Of a stretch of 64,000 nucleotides of DNA, positions 1-10,300 are shown in pieces. Position 1 is the stretch's first letter, and each line of letters starts with the position of its first letter. The notes beneath the pieces are model-generated. The model did not search any database. It was not told where the DNA came from and saw nothing but the letters and a program-made list of their open reading frames with translations. A program made the translations under genes and the position numbers. The stretch is from an uncultured delta proteobacterium (GTDB lineage: Bacteria; Myxococcota_A; Polyangia; Polyangiales; JAFGIB01): NCBI GenBank assembly GCA_963778655.1, contig CAVZVA010000008.1, positions 64,001 through 128,000 on the forward strand. The letters are read 5' to 3'.

Positions 1-211
1 GCCCCTGCACCTGGCCGCGCGCGAGCTGCTGGTCGAGCGAGCGCGCTCGGGCGCGCGCTCGCTCCGCGTCCAGCGTGACCACGGCGTTGACCGCGGTGTT
101 GTGCTGCTCGATGCGTGCCAGATAGAGATCGAGCAGCTCCACGCTCGACACTTTGCGCTTGCGGATCAAGCCGGCGAGCTCGCCAGCGCTCTTGAAGGGC
201 AGCTCGTCCAT
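1..211 (-). CDS. Amidase-signature family protein, N-terminal part (runs off the window edge)
   Basis: Not in the ORF track. Manual translation from ATG at 211 gives MDELPFKSAGELAGLIRKRKVSSVELLDLYLARIEQHNTAVNAVVTLDAERARARA..., the typical amidase/GatA N-terminus. Confidence 0.75.
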   Translation of the reverse strand, partial: MDELPFKSAGELAGLIRKRKVSSVELLDLYLARIEQHNTAVNAVVTLDAERARARARSLDQQLARGQVQG

Positions 212-271
212 GTCGGCGTTGTACTGCAGCCCGTGCGCGGCCGAAAGGGCGCTGCGCCGGCCCCGCGAGCG

Positions 272-1576
272 TCAGTCGTTCGCGCTGTTCCAGCCGTCGC
301 TGAGCGTGCGCAGAAACGCCACCACATCATCGATCTCCGCCGGCGACAGCCGGGCCGCCTGGCCGGGCTGCCGATCGTAGGGAACCTCCTCCGTGTTGAC
401 GTTGGCCTTGTATTCGGCGGGCAGGTCGTTCCACTTGTCGAGGCTGCCGTCGGCGGCTCTCGGATACCACTTGTCTGGTTGCGTGTCGCGCGTGACGTAG
501 AACTCGACCACGTCGCGCAGCTTTGCGAAGTAGCCGTTGTGCATGTACGGCGCCGTCCTGGCGACGTTGCGCAGCGTGGGCACCTTGAACGCGCCGCACA
601 GGCCGGCCACGAACGCGCCCTTGTCGCCGACGGCGTCGGGCACCTTTTGGGCGATGCCGGGCTGCTTGCACAGGCCGAGGTCGTGGTGCTCCGGATCGAC
701 GTTGTCGGGGATCTCGCGGTTGCGGGGCACGCCCAGGTTGTCGTAGGTGAAATCGGTGAACAGCCAGTCGTGCGGGTCGCTGGAGCTGTCGTCGCCGGCG
801 TGGCAGGCGATGCAATTGCCTTGCTCGGGGTCCTTGAACAGCTCGAAGCCGTGCTGCTCGTGCTCGTCGAGCTCCACCTCGCCGCGCAGCATGGCGTCGA
901 ATTTCGACGAGAAGGGGTGGAACGCGTCGGTGTCCTCGTACGCAGCGATCGCCTGGGTCAGCTGCGCGTACGCCCGATCGGCATCGTCCAGGGCGTCCGC
1001 GCCGAACACGCGGCGGAACAGCGCGGCGTAACTCGCGTCCTGCACGCGCTCGATCACCGACCGCTCGTCTGGCATCGCCATCTCGCGCGGATTGAGAAAC
1101 GGCGCGGCGGCCTGTGCGGCGAGATCGGCAGCGCGGCCGTCCCAGAACTGGCCTCCGGCCGGCACCGGCTCGCCCGACTCCTCGTCCTGCACGAAGCCGA
1201 AGGGCGGGCTGAAGGACATGTACATCGCGGTCGGCACGTTGCGGGCGCCGAGCAGCTCGGGTCGATCGCCGGCGGCGACTGGAAACAGCGGGTCGTCCGC
1301 GCGGTTGTTGCCGCTGAACGCGGTGCTCTCCTGGTGGCAGCTCGCGCACGATTGCGTGCGCGTGAGCGACAGGCTCGGGTCGTGAAACAACTGCTGGCCG
1401 AGCTGCTGCAGCTCGCCGTCCGTACCCTCGTCCGCTCGGTCGGCCGCGGCGCCCGCGGCCTCCGCGCCGGCGCCGCCGGTTTCGGGGGCAGCGTCATCGG
1501 GCCCGCCGATCCGGCACGCGCCAAGGCCCAGTGCCACGGCCAGCGCCGCGCCGACCCGGGTGGTTCGTTCCAGCAT
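272..1576 (-). CDS. Diheme cytochrome c peroxidase (bCcP/MauG superfamily, BthA-like), probable lipoprotein
   Basis: Two CxxCH motifs (SCASCH, NCIACH), GGQFWDGRA, FKVPTLRNVARTAPYMHNG, C-terminal RDTQPDKWYP...DLPAEY; signal peptide ending LGLGAC. Confidence 0.88.
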   Translation of the reverse strand: MLERTTRVGAALAVALGLGACRIGGPDDAAPETGGAGAEAAGAAADRADEGTDGELQQLGQQLFHDPSLSLTRTQSCASCHQESTAFSGNNRADDPLFPVAAGDRPELLGARNVPTAMYMSFSPPFGFVQDEESGEPVPAGGQFWDGRAADLAAQAAAPFLNPREMAMPDERSVIERVQDASYAALFRRVFGADALDDADRAYAQLTQAIAAYEDTDAFHPFSSKFDAMLRGEVELDEHEQHGFELFKDPEQGNCIACHAGDDSSSDPHDWLFTDFTYDNLGVPRNREIPDNVDPEHHDLGLCKQPGIAQKVPDAVGDKGAFVAGLCGAFKVPTLRNVARTAPYMHNGYFAKLRDVVEFYVTRDTQPDKWYPRAADGSLDKWNDLPAEYKANVNTEEVPYDRQPGQAARLSPAEIDDVVAFLRTLSDGWNSAND

Positions 1577-1625
1577 CCGCCTCTCCTCCTGCTCGTGTCC
1601 GTCTCGCCAGCCAGGCTTGCTAGCA

Positions 1626-1652
1626 AATTGATATAGACTTTCAATATCAATT
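1626..1652. promoter_or_regulatory. Fur/PerR-like operator upstream of the peroxidase
   Basis: AATTGATAT-agactttca-ATATCAATT is a perfect 9-bp inverted repeat. It contains the 19-mer ATTGATATAGACTTTCAAT and lies in an AT-rich patch about 50 bp upstream of the start. Confidence 0.6.
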
Positions 1653-1723
1653 AATGGAGGGACCGGAAGATTCCTTGAAACACATGCAATTACAGCATGA
1701 TGGGTGTACCCAGCCCGCGCGCC

Positions 1724-3658
1724 TCAGGTCGAGGCTTCCGGCGCGCGCAGCAGCGCCCGCAGGCCGGAGGCGCGCTGGACCGCGGTGCGCACGGCGGCGG
1801 CCAGCACCTCGGGTGAGGCGTAGATCACCACGCGCCGGCGCGCGCGCGTCACCGCCGTGTACAACAGCTCGCGCGACAGCACCGGCGATGGCTCCGGCGG
1901 CAGCAGCAGCGCCACCTGCTCGAGCTCGGAGCCCTGGCTCTTGTGCACGCTCATCGCGTACACGCCTTCGTGCGGCGGCAGACGCGCGGCCGCCACCTGG
2001 CGCAGCGCGCCGTCCCCGGCCGCGAAGAAGGCGTGCAGCCTGCCTGGCTCGTCCTCATCCTCGAGCAGCACCCCGACATCGCCGTTGTACAGGCGCGCCT
2101 GGTGGTCGTTCTGGGTGACGATCAGAGGTTGCCCCGAGTAGCGCGCGGGCGTCGCCGGCACCAGCCCGGACTCGCGCAGCGCCTGCTCGATGCCGGCGTT
2201 GACGGCCAGCTGGCCGTGCGTGCCGTGGCGGTGCGCGCACAGCACCCGAAAGCGCTCCAGCGCGCGCAGCTTCGCCGCGGGCCCCGCGGCCTCGAAGAAC
2301 GGGCCGAATTGCTCGACCGCCGCCTCGAACAGCGCGCGCGGCACGCGCGAGCCCGCGCGCGTCTCGACCAGGGCCACCTCGGGCAGACGCGGGTCGCGCA
2401 GGATCTCGAGCACGCGGTCGGGCTGCGCGTCGTTGATCGCATCGGCGAGCCGGCCGATGCCGCTGTCCGCCGCGTAGCGGTAGGAGCGCGTCAGCTGCAC
2501 GATGCTGCTCCCGATCGGAGCCGCGCTCGCACCCGGGTCGAGCCCGGCGGCGCAGATGTCGCCCAGCACCGCCCCAGCCTCGACCGAGTAGAGCTGGTTC
2601 TTGTCCCCGAGCAGGATCACGCGCGCGGCCACAGGCAGCGCGTCGAGCAGGCGTGCCATCAACAGCAGATCCACCATCGAGGCCTCGTCCACCACCACCA
2701 CGTCGGCGGCGAGCGGATTGTCGCGATGATGACGGAAACGCGTCCCGCCGCCCGGCCGCACGCCGAGCGCGCGGTGGATGGTGCTGGCGTCCTCCGGGAT
2801 CGCGTCGCGCACACTCGGGGCGCAGTCGAGCTCGCCTTTGCTGCGCTTGATCGCCTCGCCCAGCCGTGCTGCGGCCTTGCCCGTGGGCGCGAGCAGCAGC
2901 ACGCGCGGCGTGCGCGAGGGCTGCTCGACCTGGGCCTGCTCCAGCAGCAGCGCCAGGATCTTCACCACGGTCGAGGTCTTGCCCGTGCCCGGGCCGCCCG
3001 AAATCACGCACAGCGCTTGCGTGAGCGCGCACTCGGCCGCGACCCGTTGCAGGTCTTCACCGGCCTGCTGCGGCGCCTCGCGCTCGAACAGATCGAGCTG
3101 CTGCCGCGGGCGTTTGGCTGCGCGCGGCCGGGACTTGGCCGGCGCTGGCGTGGCCTGCGCGTTGCCCTGGTCGAATAGGCGCCGCAACCCGTCGTGCAAG
3201 CGCGCGGCGTCCGCCGCCTGTGCCGGGCGCGCCGCGCGCTCGACCAGCGCGCGCGCCAGGCCGCGCTCGTGCGCGAAGTAGCGCCGCAGGTAGAGTCGGC
3301 CCTCGCGATCGAGACACAGCGGGGTGAGACCCTCCTTTCCGCCGACGAGCGGGCTCGCGCGCAGCGCGGCCAGCCAGCTCGTCGTATCCGGCCATACCAG
3401 CGCGGCCAGTGCCTGCTGCTGGGCCGGATCCACCGCCAGCGCGAGCAAGCCGGCGCGCGCGACCGGCAGCTCCAGGCAAACGTGCCCGGCCTGCACCGTG
3501 CGGCTGAGCAGCGCGACTGCCAGCAGCACGCGCGGGTCGTGCTCGCCGCCCAGGCGGCTCAGCGTGCGCGCGAAGTGCAGATCGAGCGCGCCGATCAGGC
3601 CGCTCGCGTGCAGCGCCTCGAGCTCGCTGCCGACTGCGCTGGGCTCGGCAGCGCTCAC
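1724..3658 (-). CDS. recD: Exodeoxyribonuclease V alpha subunit
   Basis: GGPGTGKT Walker A, LAPTGKAAARL, VVVDEASMVD, GDKNQL, AMSVHKSQGSE, RELLYTAVTRAR; 4-bp overlap with the recB stop. Confidence 0.96.
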   Translation of the reverse strand: MSAAEPSAVGSELEALHASGLIGALDLHFARTLSRLGGEHDPRVLLAVALLSRTVQAGHVCLELPVARAGLLALAVDPAQQQALAALVWPDTTSWLAALRASPLVGGKEGLTPLCLDREGRLYLRRYFAHERGLARALVERAARPAQAADAARLHDGLRRLFDQGNAQATPAPAKSRPRAAKRPRQQLDLFEREAPQQAGEDLQRVAAECALTQALCVISGGPGTGKTSTVVKILALLLEQAQVEQPSRTPRVLLLAPTGKAAARLGEAIKRSKGELDCAPSVRDAIPEDASTIHRALGVRPGGGTRFRHHRDNPLAADVVVVDEASMVDLLLMARLLDALPVAARVILLGDKNQLYSVEAGAVLGDICAAGLDPGASAAPIGSSIVQLTRSYRYAADSGIGRLADAINDAQPDRVLEILRDPRLPEVALVETRAGSRVPRALFEAAVEQFGPFFEAAGPAAKLRALERFRVLCAHRHGTHGQLAVNAGIEQALRESGLVPATPARYSGQPLIVTQNDHQARLYNGDVGVLLEDEDEPGRLHAFFAAGDGALRQVAAARLPPHEGVYAMSVHKSQGSELEQVALLLPPEPSPVLSRELLYTAVTRARRRVVIYASPEVLAAAVRTAVQRASGLRALLRAPEAST

Positions 3659-6600
3659 GGCGGCTCCTCCTGCGCGCCGAGCGCACGCGAAAGGGCTTCG
3701 ATCAACGCCTCGGACGGCCGATCGAAAAACACGCCGGTACCGGGCGCGTGCTCGGGCGCCATCCCGCGCACGAACAGGTAGTACACGCCGCCGAAGTGGC
3801 GCTCATAGGCGTAGTCGGGCAGGCGCAACCGAAGGTGCCGGTGCAGCGCGAGCACGTAGAGGTGGTATTGCAGAAAGTAGTGGTGCTCGGCCATCGCCAG
3901 CGCGAGCCGCGCCGGCCGGTAGTCGTCGGCGACGTCGCCGAGCCGGTTGCTCTTGTAGTCGACCACGAAGAAGCGCTCGCCGTCGCGGAACACCAGGTCG
4001 ATGAAGCCCTTGAGAAACCCGCTCGGCGGCAGCATGCGCAGCATGCGCAGCCGCTCCGGGTAGTCGGGCACTGCGGCCGGCGCTGCGTGCCGCTGCAGCG
4101 CGTCGGCCAGACGCGCGGACAGATCCTCGCGCGCGTGCGGCGTGCTCAGCGTGAACTCGAGCTCGTCGAGGCGCTGCGCGCGGCGCACGTCCGCGAGCCG
4201 GCGCCGGGCGCCGTCGGGTCCGAGCGGCGTGCGCAGGCTCTGCTCGATGCCGCGCACCAGCGCGCCCGCGTGCTGCGCGTCCAGGCCGTAGAGCCCGAGC
4301 AGGCGCTCTGCCTGCGCCGGTAGCTCTGCGGGATCCGCGCGCCCGAAGTCGATCTGCTCATACACGGCGTGGATCAGCGAGCCGGGCCGCGAGCCGGAGG
4401 GAAAGGCGTGCAGCACCAGCGGCTCGCGATCGATCTCCGTGGCCAGGTCGAGCGCATTGCCGCCGCTCTCCACGCCCTGATCGAGGTCGCGCTCGTCCTC
4501 GGGCGAGCTGCCGGGGGTGACTGCCTGCTCGGCGGTCAGACGCGAGAAGCTCGAGCTGCGCGGCTGCGGCCGCGGCTTGCGCTTGGCTTCGCGCGCCGCG
4601 AGCGGCCCCGCTGCCTGCTCGCCGCCGGCGTAGACCGGCGGGCGCTCGAGCCCGATCTCGCGCATGCCGATGCTGCCCTCCGACGCGTCGCACAGGCCTT
4701 GCAGCTCGGCCCGCAGCTCCGCAGGGTCGAGGTTCTCCAGCGTGCGCTCGGTGCCGGGCATGCCGTTGCCGAACGAGCCGTGCAGCAGATGACCGAGCGG
4801 CGACTGGCCGCCGCCTTTGAACGGCCCCCACACCACGTAGCAGCGGTGCTTGGCCCGGGTCAGCGCCACGTACAGCAGCCGCAGGCTCTCCGCCTTTGCC
4901 TCCACGCGCGCTTGCTCCAGATGCTCGGCGCGGTCCGCCGAGCCGATGTCGAGCTTGACGCGGTCGTGGTCGTCGCGATCGTGGAAGAGAGCGTCCTCGT
5001 CCTGCTTCGGGCTCCGTACCCACCACATGAACGGACAGAACACGATCGGGTATTCCAGGCCCTTGCTGCGATGGACGGTGGTGAGCTTGAGCGCGTGCTC
5101 GTCGTGCTCGAGCCGGATCTGCGTCGACTCGCTTGCCATCTCCGCGCGAGCCTTCGAGTCGACCCGCATGCGCGTGAGCCATTGCAGCAGCGACAGCGGG
5201 CCCAGGTGCTGTTGCAGCGCGGCCTGGTGCAGCAGCTCCACAAGGTGCAAGAGGTCGGTGAGGCGGCGCTCACCGTCGAAGCAGGACAGCAACTTGCGCT
5301 GCGCCGAGGTCTCGTCGAGCAGCAGGTGCAGCATCTGCACGAAGCCGCGCTCGTGCCAGAGCTGGTTCAGCCGCGCGAAGCGGTCGAGCCACGTCTCCAG
5401 CTCGGCGTCGTGCTGGTGCAGGGCGTGCAGCGCCTCCGCGTCCGCGCCCAGGATCGAGGTGCACAGCGCGGCGCCGAGCTTGCGGGCGTCCGCGGGTCGC
5501 GCGATCGCCCACAGCACGCGCGAGAGCTCGCTGGCCATCTCGCTCTCGAAGACGCTGCTGTCGCCGTCGAGCACGGCCGGCACGCGCAGGCGCGCGAGCG
5601 CCGCCTGGGTGTCGCGCGCCTGATAGTTGGCGCGGCACAGCACCGCGAGGTGGCGCGGCCGCAACGGCTCTCCGTCGAGCGTCTCGCCGGACTGCAGCAG
5701 GCGCACGATTTCATAGGCTATGCGATCCGGCAGGTCGCGTGGGTCACCCACGGAGCGACGCACGCCCGACCGAGCGCGCTCCTGGGAGGCAGAGAGCAAG
5801 AGCTGCAGCGAGGCGCCACCGCCCGAGAGACGCTCGCGAGCGGCCGGCGCCGGGCTTACGGGCGCGAACGGAATCTCCTCGAACCAGAACGGCCGAGGCG
5901 CCCGCGACAACAGCGTGTTGACCGCGCGCACCAGCCCGGGATCGGCGCGGCGGTTGATGTCGAGCGTGTAGCGCGCTCGGCCCGCCTCGCGCGCCGCCTG
6001 CATGTAGGCGAAGATGTCCGCGCCGCGAAAGCCGTAGATCGCTTGCTTCGGATCGCCGATCAAGAACAGCGTGTCGCTGGGCTGTGCGTAGATGCGCCGG
6101 AAGATGGCGTACTGCACCGGGTCGGTGTCCTGGAACTCGTCGATCAGCGCGGCCGGGTGACGCCTGCGGATGCGGGCGGCGAGCTCGGACCCCGCCGCAC
6201 CCTGCAGCGCGTCGTGCAGCCCGTTCAGCAGATCGTCGAAGCTCTGCTCGCCGCGCTCGGCGTGCCTGCGCGCGACCTCCTGCCGCGCGTAGTCGATGAG
6301 GCGCCGCCGGGTCGCGAGCACGCGCTGGTCGAGGGCGGGGCGCAGCGCCTGCACCGCGGACTGCAGCGCGTCGACGGCATCGAAGAAGGCATGGCGAGGC
6401 GGCGGCGATGACCGGAACGCCTTGTTCATGGAGGCGCGCAGCCTGGCGTTCGTGAGCTTGTCGATCCACTCGGGCAGGCTCCTGAGGCTCGCGGCGTGGA
6501 GTCGCTGCAGCCCGCGCGCCCACTGGCCGCGCACGGTCTGCTCGCGGTACATGTTCCCGTTCAGCCGGCCCGCCTTGAACAGCTCGTCCAGGATCTCCTC

Positions 6601-7302
6601 GCTGTGCTCGCGCCACAACGCGGCCGCGTGATCGCGCGCCGCCTCGAACGCGGCGAGCGGTAGCTCCGCCTCGCCGCCCGCCTCCGGCAGCACGGGCACG
6701 CGCGGGTCGTGCACGGCCGCGGCCACCAGCTTCTCCAGCTCGACCGGCTTCGCGCCCCCTCGCACCAGCGCTTCGACCACGGGCGGCTCGGCCTGGTAGG
6801 CAACCCGCGCGAAGTAGTCGAGCGCGACCTCGTGCAGCAGCGGCGCCTGCTGCTCGACCAGCTCCAGCTCGAATGGCGTGCGGCTCTCGAACGCGTGCTC
6901 GGTCAGGGTGCGCTGGCAGAAGCCGTGGATGGTGAACACGGCGGCTTCGTCGAAATCGCGCAAGGCCTGCACCAGCACGAGCCGGTCCGCAGCCAGGTTG
7001 CCGCCACGCCGGCGTGTTGCCACCAGCGCGTCGAGCAGGTCCTCGTCGCCACCGTCACCTGCTGGCTCGCCGCGATCGATTGCGTCGATCGCCTCGAGCA
7101 AGCGGTTCCGCAACCGGTCGCGCAACTCCGCGGTCGCCGCGCGCGTGTAGGTGACCACCAGGATCTCGCTCACCTGCAGCCCGCGCTCGAGCAGCAAGCG
7201 CACGAATAGGGTCGTGATCGCGTGGGTCTTGCCCGTGCCCGCGCTGGCCTCGACCAGCGTCGTGCCCGCCAGCGGCACCGCCAACGGATCGAGCGCCTTC
7301 AT
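3655..7302 (-). CDS. recB: Exodeoxyribonuclease V beta subunit
   Basis: EASAGTGKT, LIDEFQDTD, IGDPKQAIYGFRGAD, SKGLEY, RLLYVALTRA; nuclease motif GFIDLVF...VVDYKSN. Confidence 0.96.
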   Translation of the reverse strand: MKALDPLAVPLAGTTLVEASAGTGKTHAITTLFVRLLLERGLQVSEILVVTYTRAATAELRDRLRNRLLEAIDAIDRGEPAGDGGDEDLLDALVATRRRGGNLAADRLVLVQALRDFDEAAVFTIHGFCQRTLTEHAFESRTPFELELVEQQAPLLHEVALDYFARVAYQAEPPVVEALVRGGAKPVELEKLVAAAVHDPRVPVLPEAGGEAELPLAAFEAARDHAAALWREHSEEILDELFKAGRLNGNMYREQTVRGQWARGLQRLHAASLRSLPEWIDKLTNARLRASMNKAFRSSPPPRHAFFDAVDALQSAVQALRPALDQRVLATRRRLIDYARQEVARRHAERGEQSFDDLLNGLHDALQGAAGSELAARIRRRHPAALIDEFQDTDPVQYAIFRRIYAQPSDTLFLIGDPKQAIYGFRGADIFAYMQAAREAGRARYTLDINRRADPGLVRAVNTLLSRAPRPFWFEEIPFAPVSPAPAARERLSGGGASLQLLLSASQERARSGVRRSVGDPRDLPDRIAYEIVRLLQSGETLDGEPLRPRHLAVLCRANYQARDTQAALARLRVPAVLDGDSSVFESEMASELSRVLWAIARPADARKLGAALCTSILGADAEALHALHQHDAELETWLDRFARLNQLWHERGFVQMLHLLLDETSAQRKLLSCFDGERRLTDLLHLVELLHQAALQQHLGPLSLLQWLTRMRVDSKARAEMASESTQIRLEHDEHALKLTTVHRSKGLEYPIVFCPFMWWVRSPKQDEDALFHDRDDHDRVKLDIGSADRAEHLEQARVEAKAESLRLLYVALTRAKHRCYVVWGPFKGGGQSPLGHLLHGSFGNGMPGTERTLENLDPAELRAELQGLCDASEGSIGMREIGLERPPVYAGGEQAAGPLAAREAKRKPRPQPRSSSFSRLTAEQAVTPGSSPEDERDLDQGVESGGNALDLATEIDREPLVLHAFPSGSRPGSLIHAVYEQIDFGRADPAELPAQAERLLGLYGLDAQHAGALVRGIEQSLRTPLGPDGARRRLADVRRAQRLDELEFTLSTPHAREDLSARLADALQRHAAPAAVPDYPERLRMLRMLPPSGFLKGFIDLVFRDGERFFVVDYKSNRLGDVADDYRPARLALAMAEHHYFLQYHLYVLALHRHLRLRLPDYAYERHFGGVYYLFVRGMAPEHAPGTGVFFDRPSEALIEALSRALGAQEEPP

Positions 7303-10300
7303 CGCTCGCGCCTTGCGTCGAAGAATGGTCCGAATACGCGGTCGGCCACGGTCGCGAAGTCGGGTCCGTCACGTGGCTCGATCAGGCGGTCGAAGCCGGG
7401 GTAGGCCGCGAGCACGTAGGGGTCCGAGCGACCTGCGTCCTCTGGTTTGTAGAAGAGGCCTTTGCCGGTGGTCAAGGCGCGCCCGGCATCGTGGTATCGG
7501 GCCAGGCTCTGCACGTAGGCCCGCGAGACCTCGTACACGAAGGGCAGGGGCGCGCGCCGCGCCTCGCGCACCAGTCCGATCAGCGTGCACAGCTCCTTTT
7601 CGGGATCCTGCCGCGGCTCGAACCTGACGACTTTGACCTCGCGCTTGGCCGCTCCCTTTGGATCCTTGACCTGCGGCGCCACCACCACGCTGCTGCGCGG
7701 ATAGCCCGCGCGCGGCGCGCGCTGCAGGCAGGATCCCAGCACCAGGTGGCGAATGAAGTGGCCGAGCTCGAAGCGCCGGCCGAGCCGGGAGTTGCTCAGG
7801 CACAGGTGCGCCTCCGGCCACAGCTCGCGCAGCTCGCCGGTCAGCCGCACGCCATCGAGCTCGAGGTCCACCGCCAGCGGCGGCAGGCGCTCGCCCCGGC
7901 GATGCGGGGCGGCGGCCTCGGCCAGCTCTTCGATCTCGGGCACCAGGCGCTGGTACGCGACCAGCCCCACGCTGCCCAGCGGTAGCGCGCCCGACCCGCG
8001 TGCCGCCGGCAGCAAGTCTGAAAGCGCGTGCCCCTGAAGCGCCTGCTCGAGCAGCGTGCTTCCGAGCTTCCAGCGATCGAGCCCCGCGAGCTCGACCGGC
8101 TCGCGCTCGGCCAGCGGCTCGAGGTCGTCTTCGAAGTACAGCCCGAGCTGCGTGCGTAGCAGGCACTGGATCGGCTTGCTGATCCACTCGAACAGCTCCT
8201 CGATCGTCAGCGCGCGCAGCTCGTCCTGAACAGGCAATGGCCGCTCGATCAACCTCCGCTCGGGCCGCTGCTGGCCGAAGCCTCGTGCCGCTTCGCAGTA
8301 GAGCCCCGCATAGCTGAACAGCCGCGACCCTGGCTCGGGCCGAAAGTACTGCGGGCTGAAGGCGTGCAGGCGCTGCAGCGTGCACAGCCGCGCCTCCACC
8401 CCGGCGCGCCGCGCCAGCGGTCCCTGCGCCGCGGCGTCCCCGTCGGCATCGAAGCCCTGCGCCACGGCGTCGAGCAGCTCACCGACCACCACCGACGGCG
8501 GCAACACGCGGTTGTCGTGGATACCGCGGCCCACGTAGCTGATGATCACGCGCTCGCGCGCGGCCAGCAGCGCCTCGAGGAACATGTAGCGGTCGTCGTC
8601 GCGGCGGCTGCGGTCGCCCGCGCGGCGCTGTCCCGGCGCGGCGCTGCGGTCGAAGCCCAGCACGGCGTTGCGGCCGGGGAAGCTCTCGTCGTTCATCCCG
8701 ATCAGGCACACCACCTTGAACGGAATGCTGCGCATGGGCACCAGCTGGCAGAAGCCGATACCGCCCGAGAGCAAGCCGCGCGCCGGCAGCCGCTGGTCGA
8801 GCGCCTGCTCGAGCTGCGCCTGCAGCGTGAGCAGCGAGAGCGGCTCTGCGAACCCGCCGGCGGTGGCCGTCTCCACCAGCGCCTGCAGCGCGCCGGCCAC
8901 CAGCTGTCGCTGCTGCGCGGTGCCGGGCGCGTCGTCGAGGAAGTCGTCCAGCAGCGCCAGCAGCGCATCCCGCCACGCGGGCAATGGCCGCGCCTGCTGC
9001 AGCGCGCCGCGGTGGCGGAACAGCCGCGCGCACAGCTCGCACAGCTTGCCGAGCAGCTCGGCCGCGCCGCCCTCGATCTCGTCGAACGGAAGCGCGCCCG
9101 CGTACAGCGCCTTGTCGTCGCCCTCCATCGCGTAGCCCAGCAGCATGCGCTCGAGGCCGAAGCGCCAGGTGTTGCCCGCCAGCGCCGGCTGGCCGAGCTC
9201 GGCGCGGTGCTCGGCATCCTGTCCCCAGCGGATGCCACTGCGCTCGACCCAGCCCCGCAGCTGGTCGAGCTCCTCGCTCGCGATTTCGAAGCGCCGGCGC
9301 ACGCAGTCCAGGCTCAGCAAATCGAGCACGGCGCTCGCGCTCAGCCGGCCGCACAGCGTGTCGAGCAGCGCGTAGAACGCGTCCACCGCCTCGTGGGTGG
9401 TGCGGGTCTTGCGGTCCGCGACCGAGAACGGCAGCGCAGGCCGGCCGAGCTTCTGCCCGAACACCGCCTCGATCACCGGTGCATAGGCCTCGATGTCCGG
9501 CGTCATCACCACGATGTCATGCGGCTCGATGCGCGGGTCCTGCAGCACCTCGACCAGCTGATCGTGCAGCACCTCGAGCTCGCGCATCGCCCCGTGGCAG
9601 ACGTGGATGCTCAGCGACGCGTCGTCCTGCGCGATCGGAAGCCGCGGCGTGGGATCGCCCTGCGCACCGCGGTTGCGCAGCGCGAGCACGTCCGACTGCA
9701 GCGCGTGCAGCAAGCAGCCGGTGCCGGTATCGACGAACAGCTCTTCCTCGCCCTGCACGTGCTCGGCGCGCTCCTCCAGCACGCGCTGGAAGTCGCGCCC
9801 GAGGCGCCCCAGCGACGCCAGCAGCGGGTGGCCCTCCTCCTGCAGCTCCGCGCCCGCGGCGCGCCGCCCGCGGATGTCCGCGAAGTAGGCCCGCGACGGG
9901 GCCAGCACGAACAGGTGCGTCTCCACCTGCGCCGCGAGCGCGGAGAGCACGCTGACGTAGAGCGGCGGCAGACTGGAGATGCCGAACAGAGACAGCCGCT
10001 CCGGCAGCGCGGCGCGCCGCGCGGGGCTGGCCTGCAGCGCGGCGATGAAGCGCTGCGCGCGCGCCGCCTGGTGGCCGCGCCCCAGCCGCTGCACCAACTC
10101 GCGCCACAGCCGCGCGTCCCAGCTCTGCTCCTCGCCGCGCTCCCAGGAAAGCAGCAGCTCCGGGCGATAGACCGTGTAGTCGTCGAGCACGCGCGCGATG
10201 CGCTGCGCCAGCGCCACGCGCCGCGCCGCATCGCGGTCGCCCTCCAGGTAGCCCGCGATCGGCGCGAACGCCGGCTCGTCGAGCAGCTCCGGTAGCAGCC

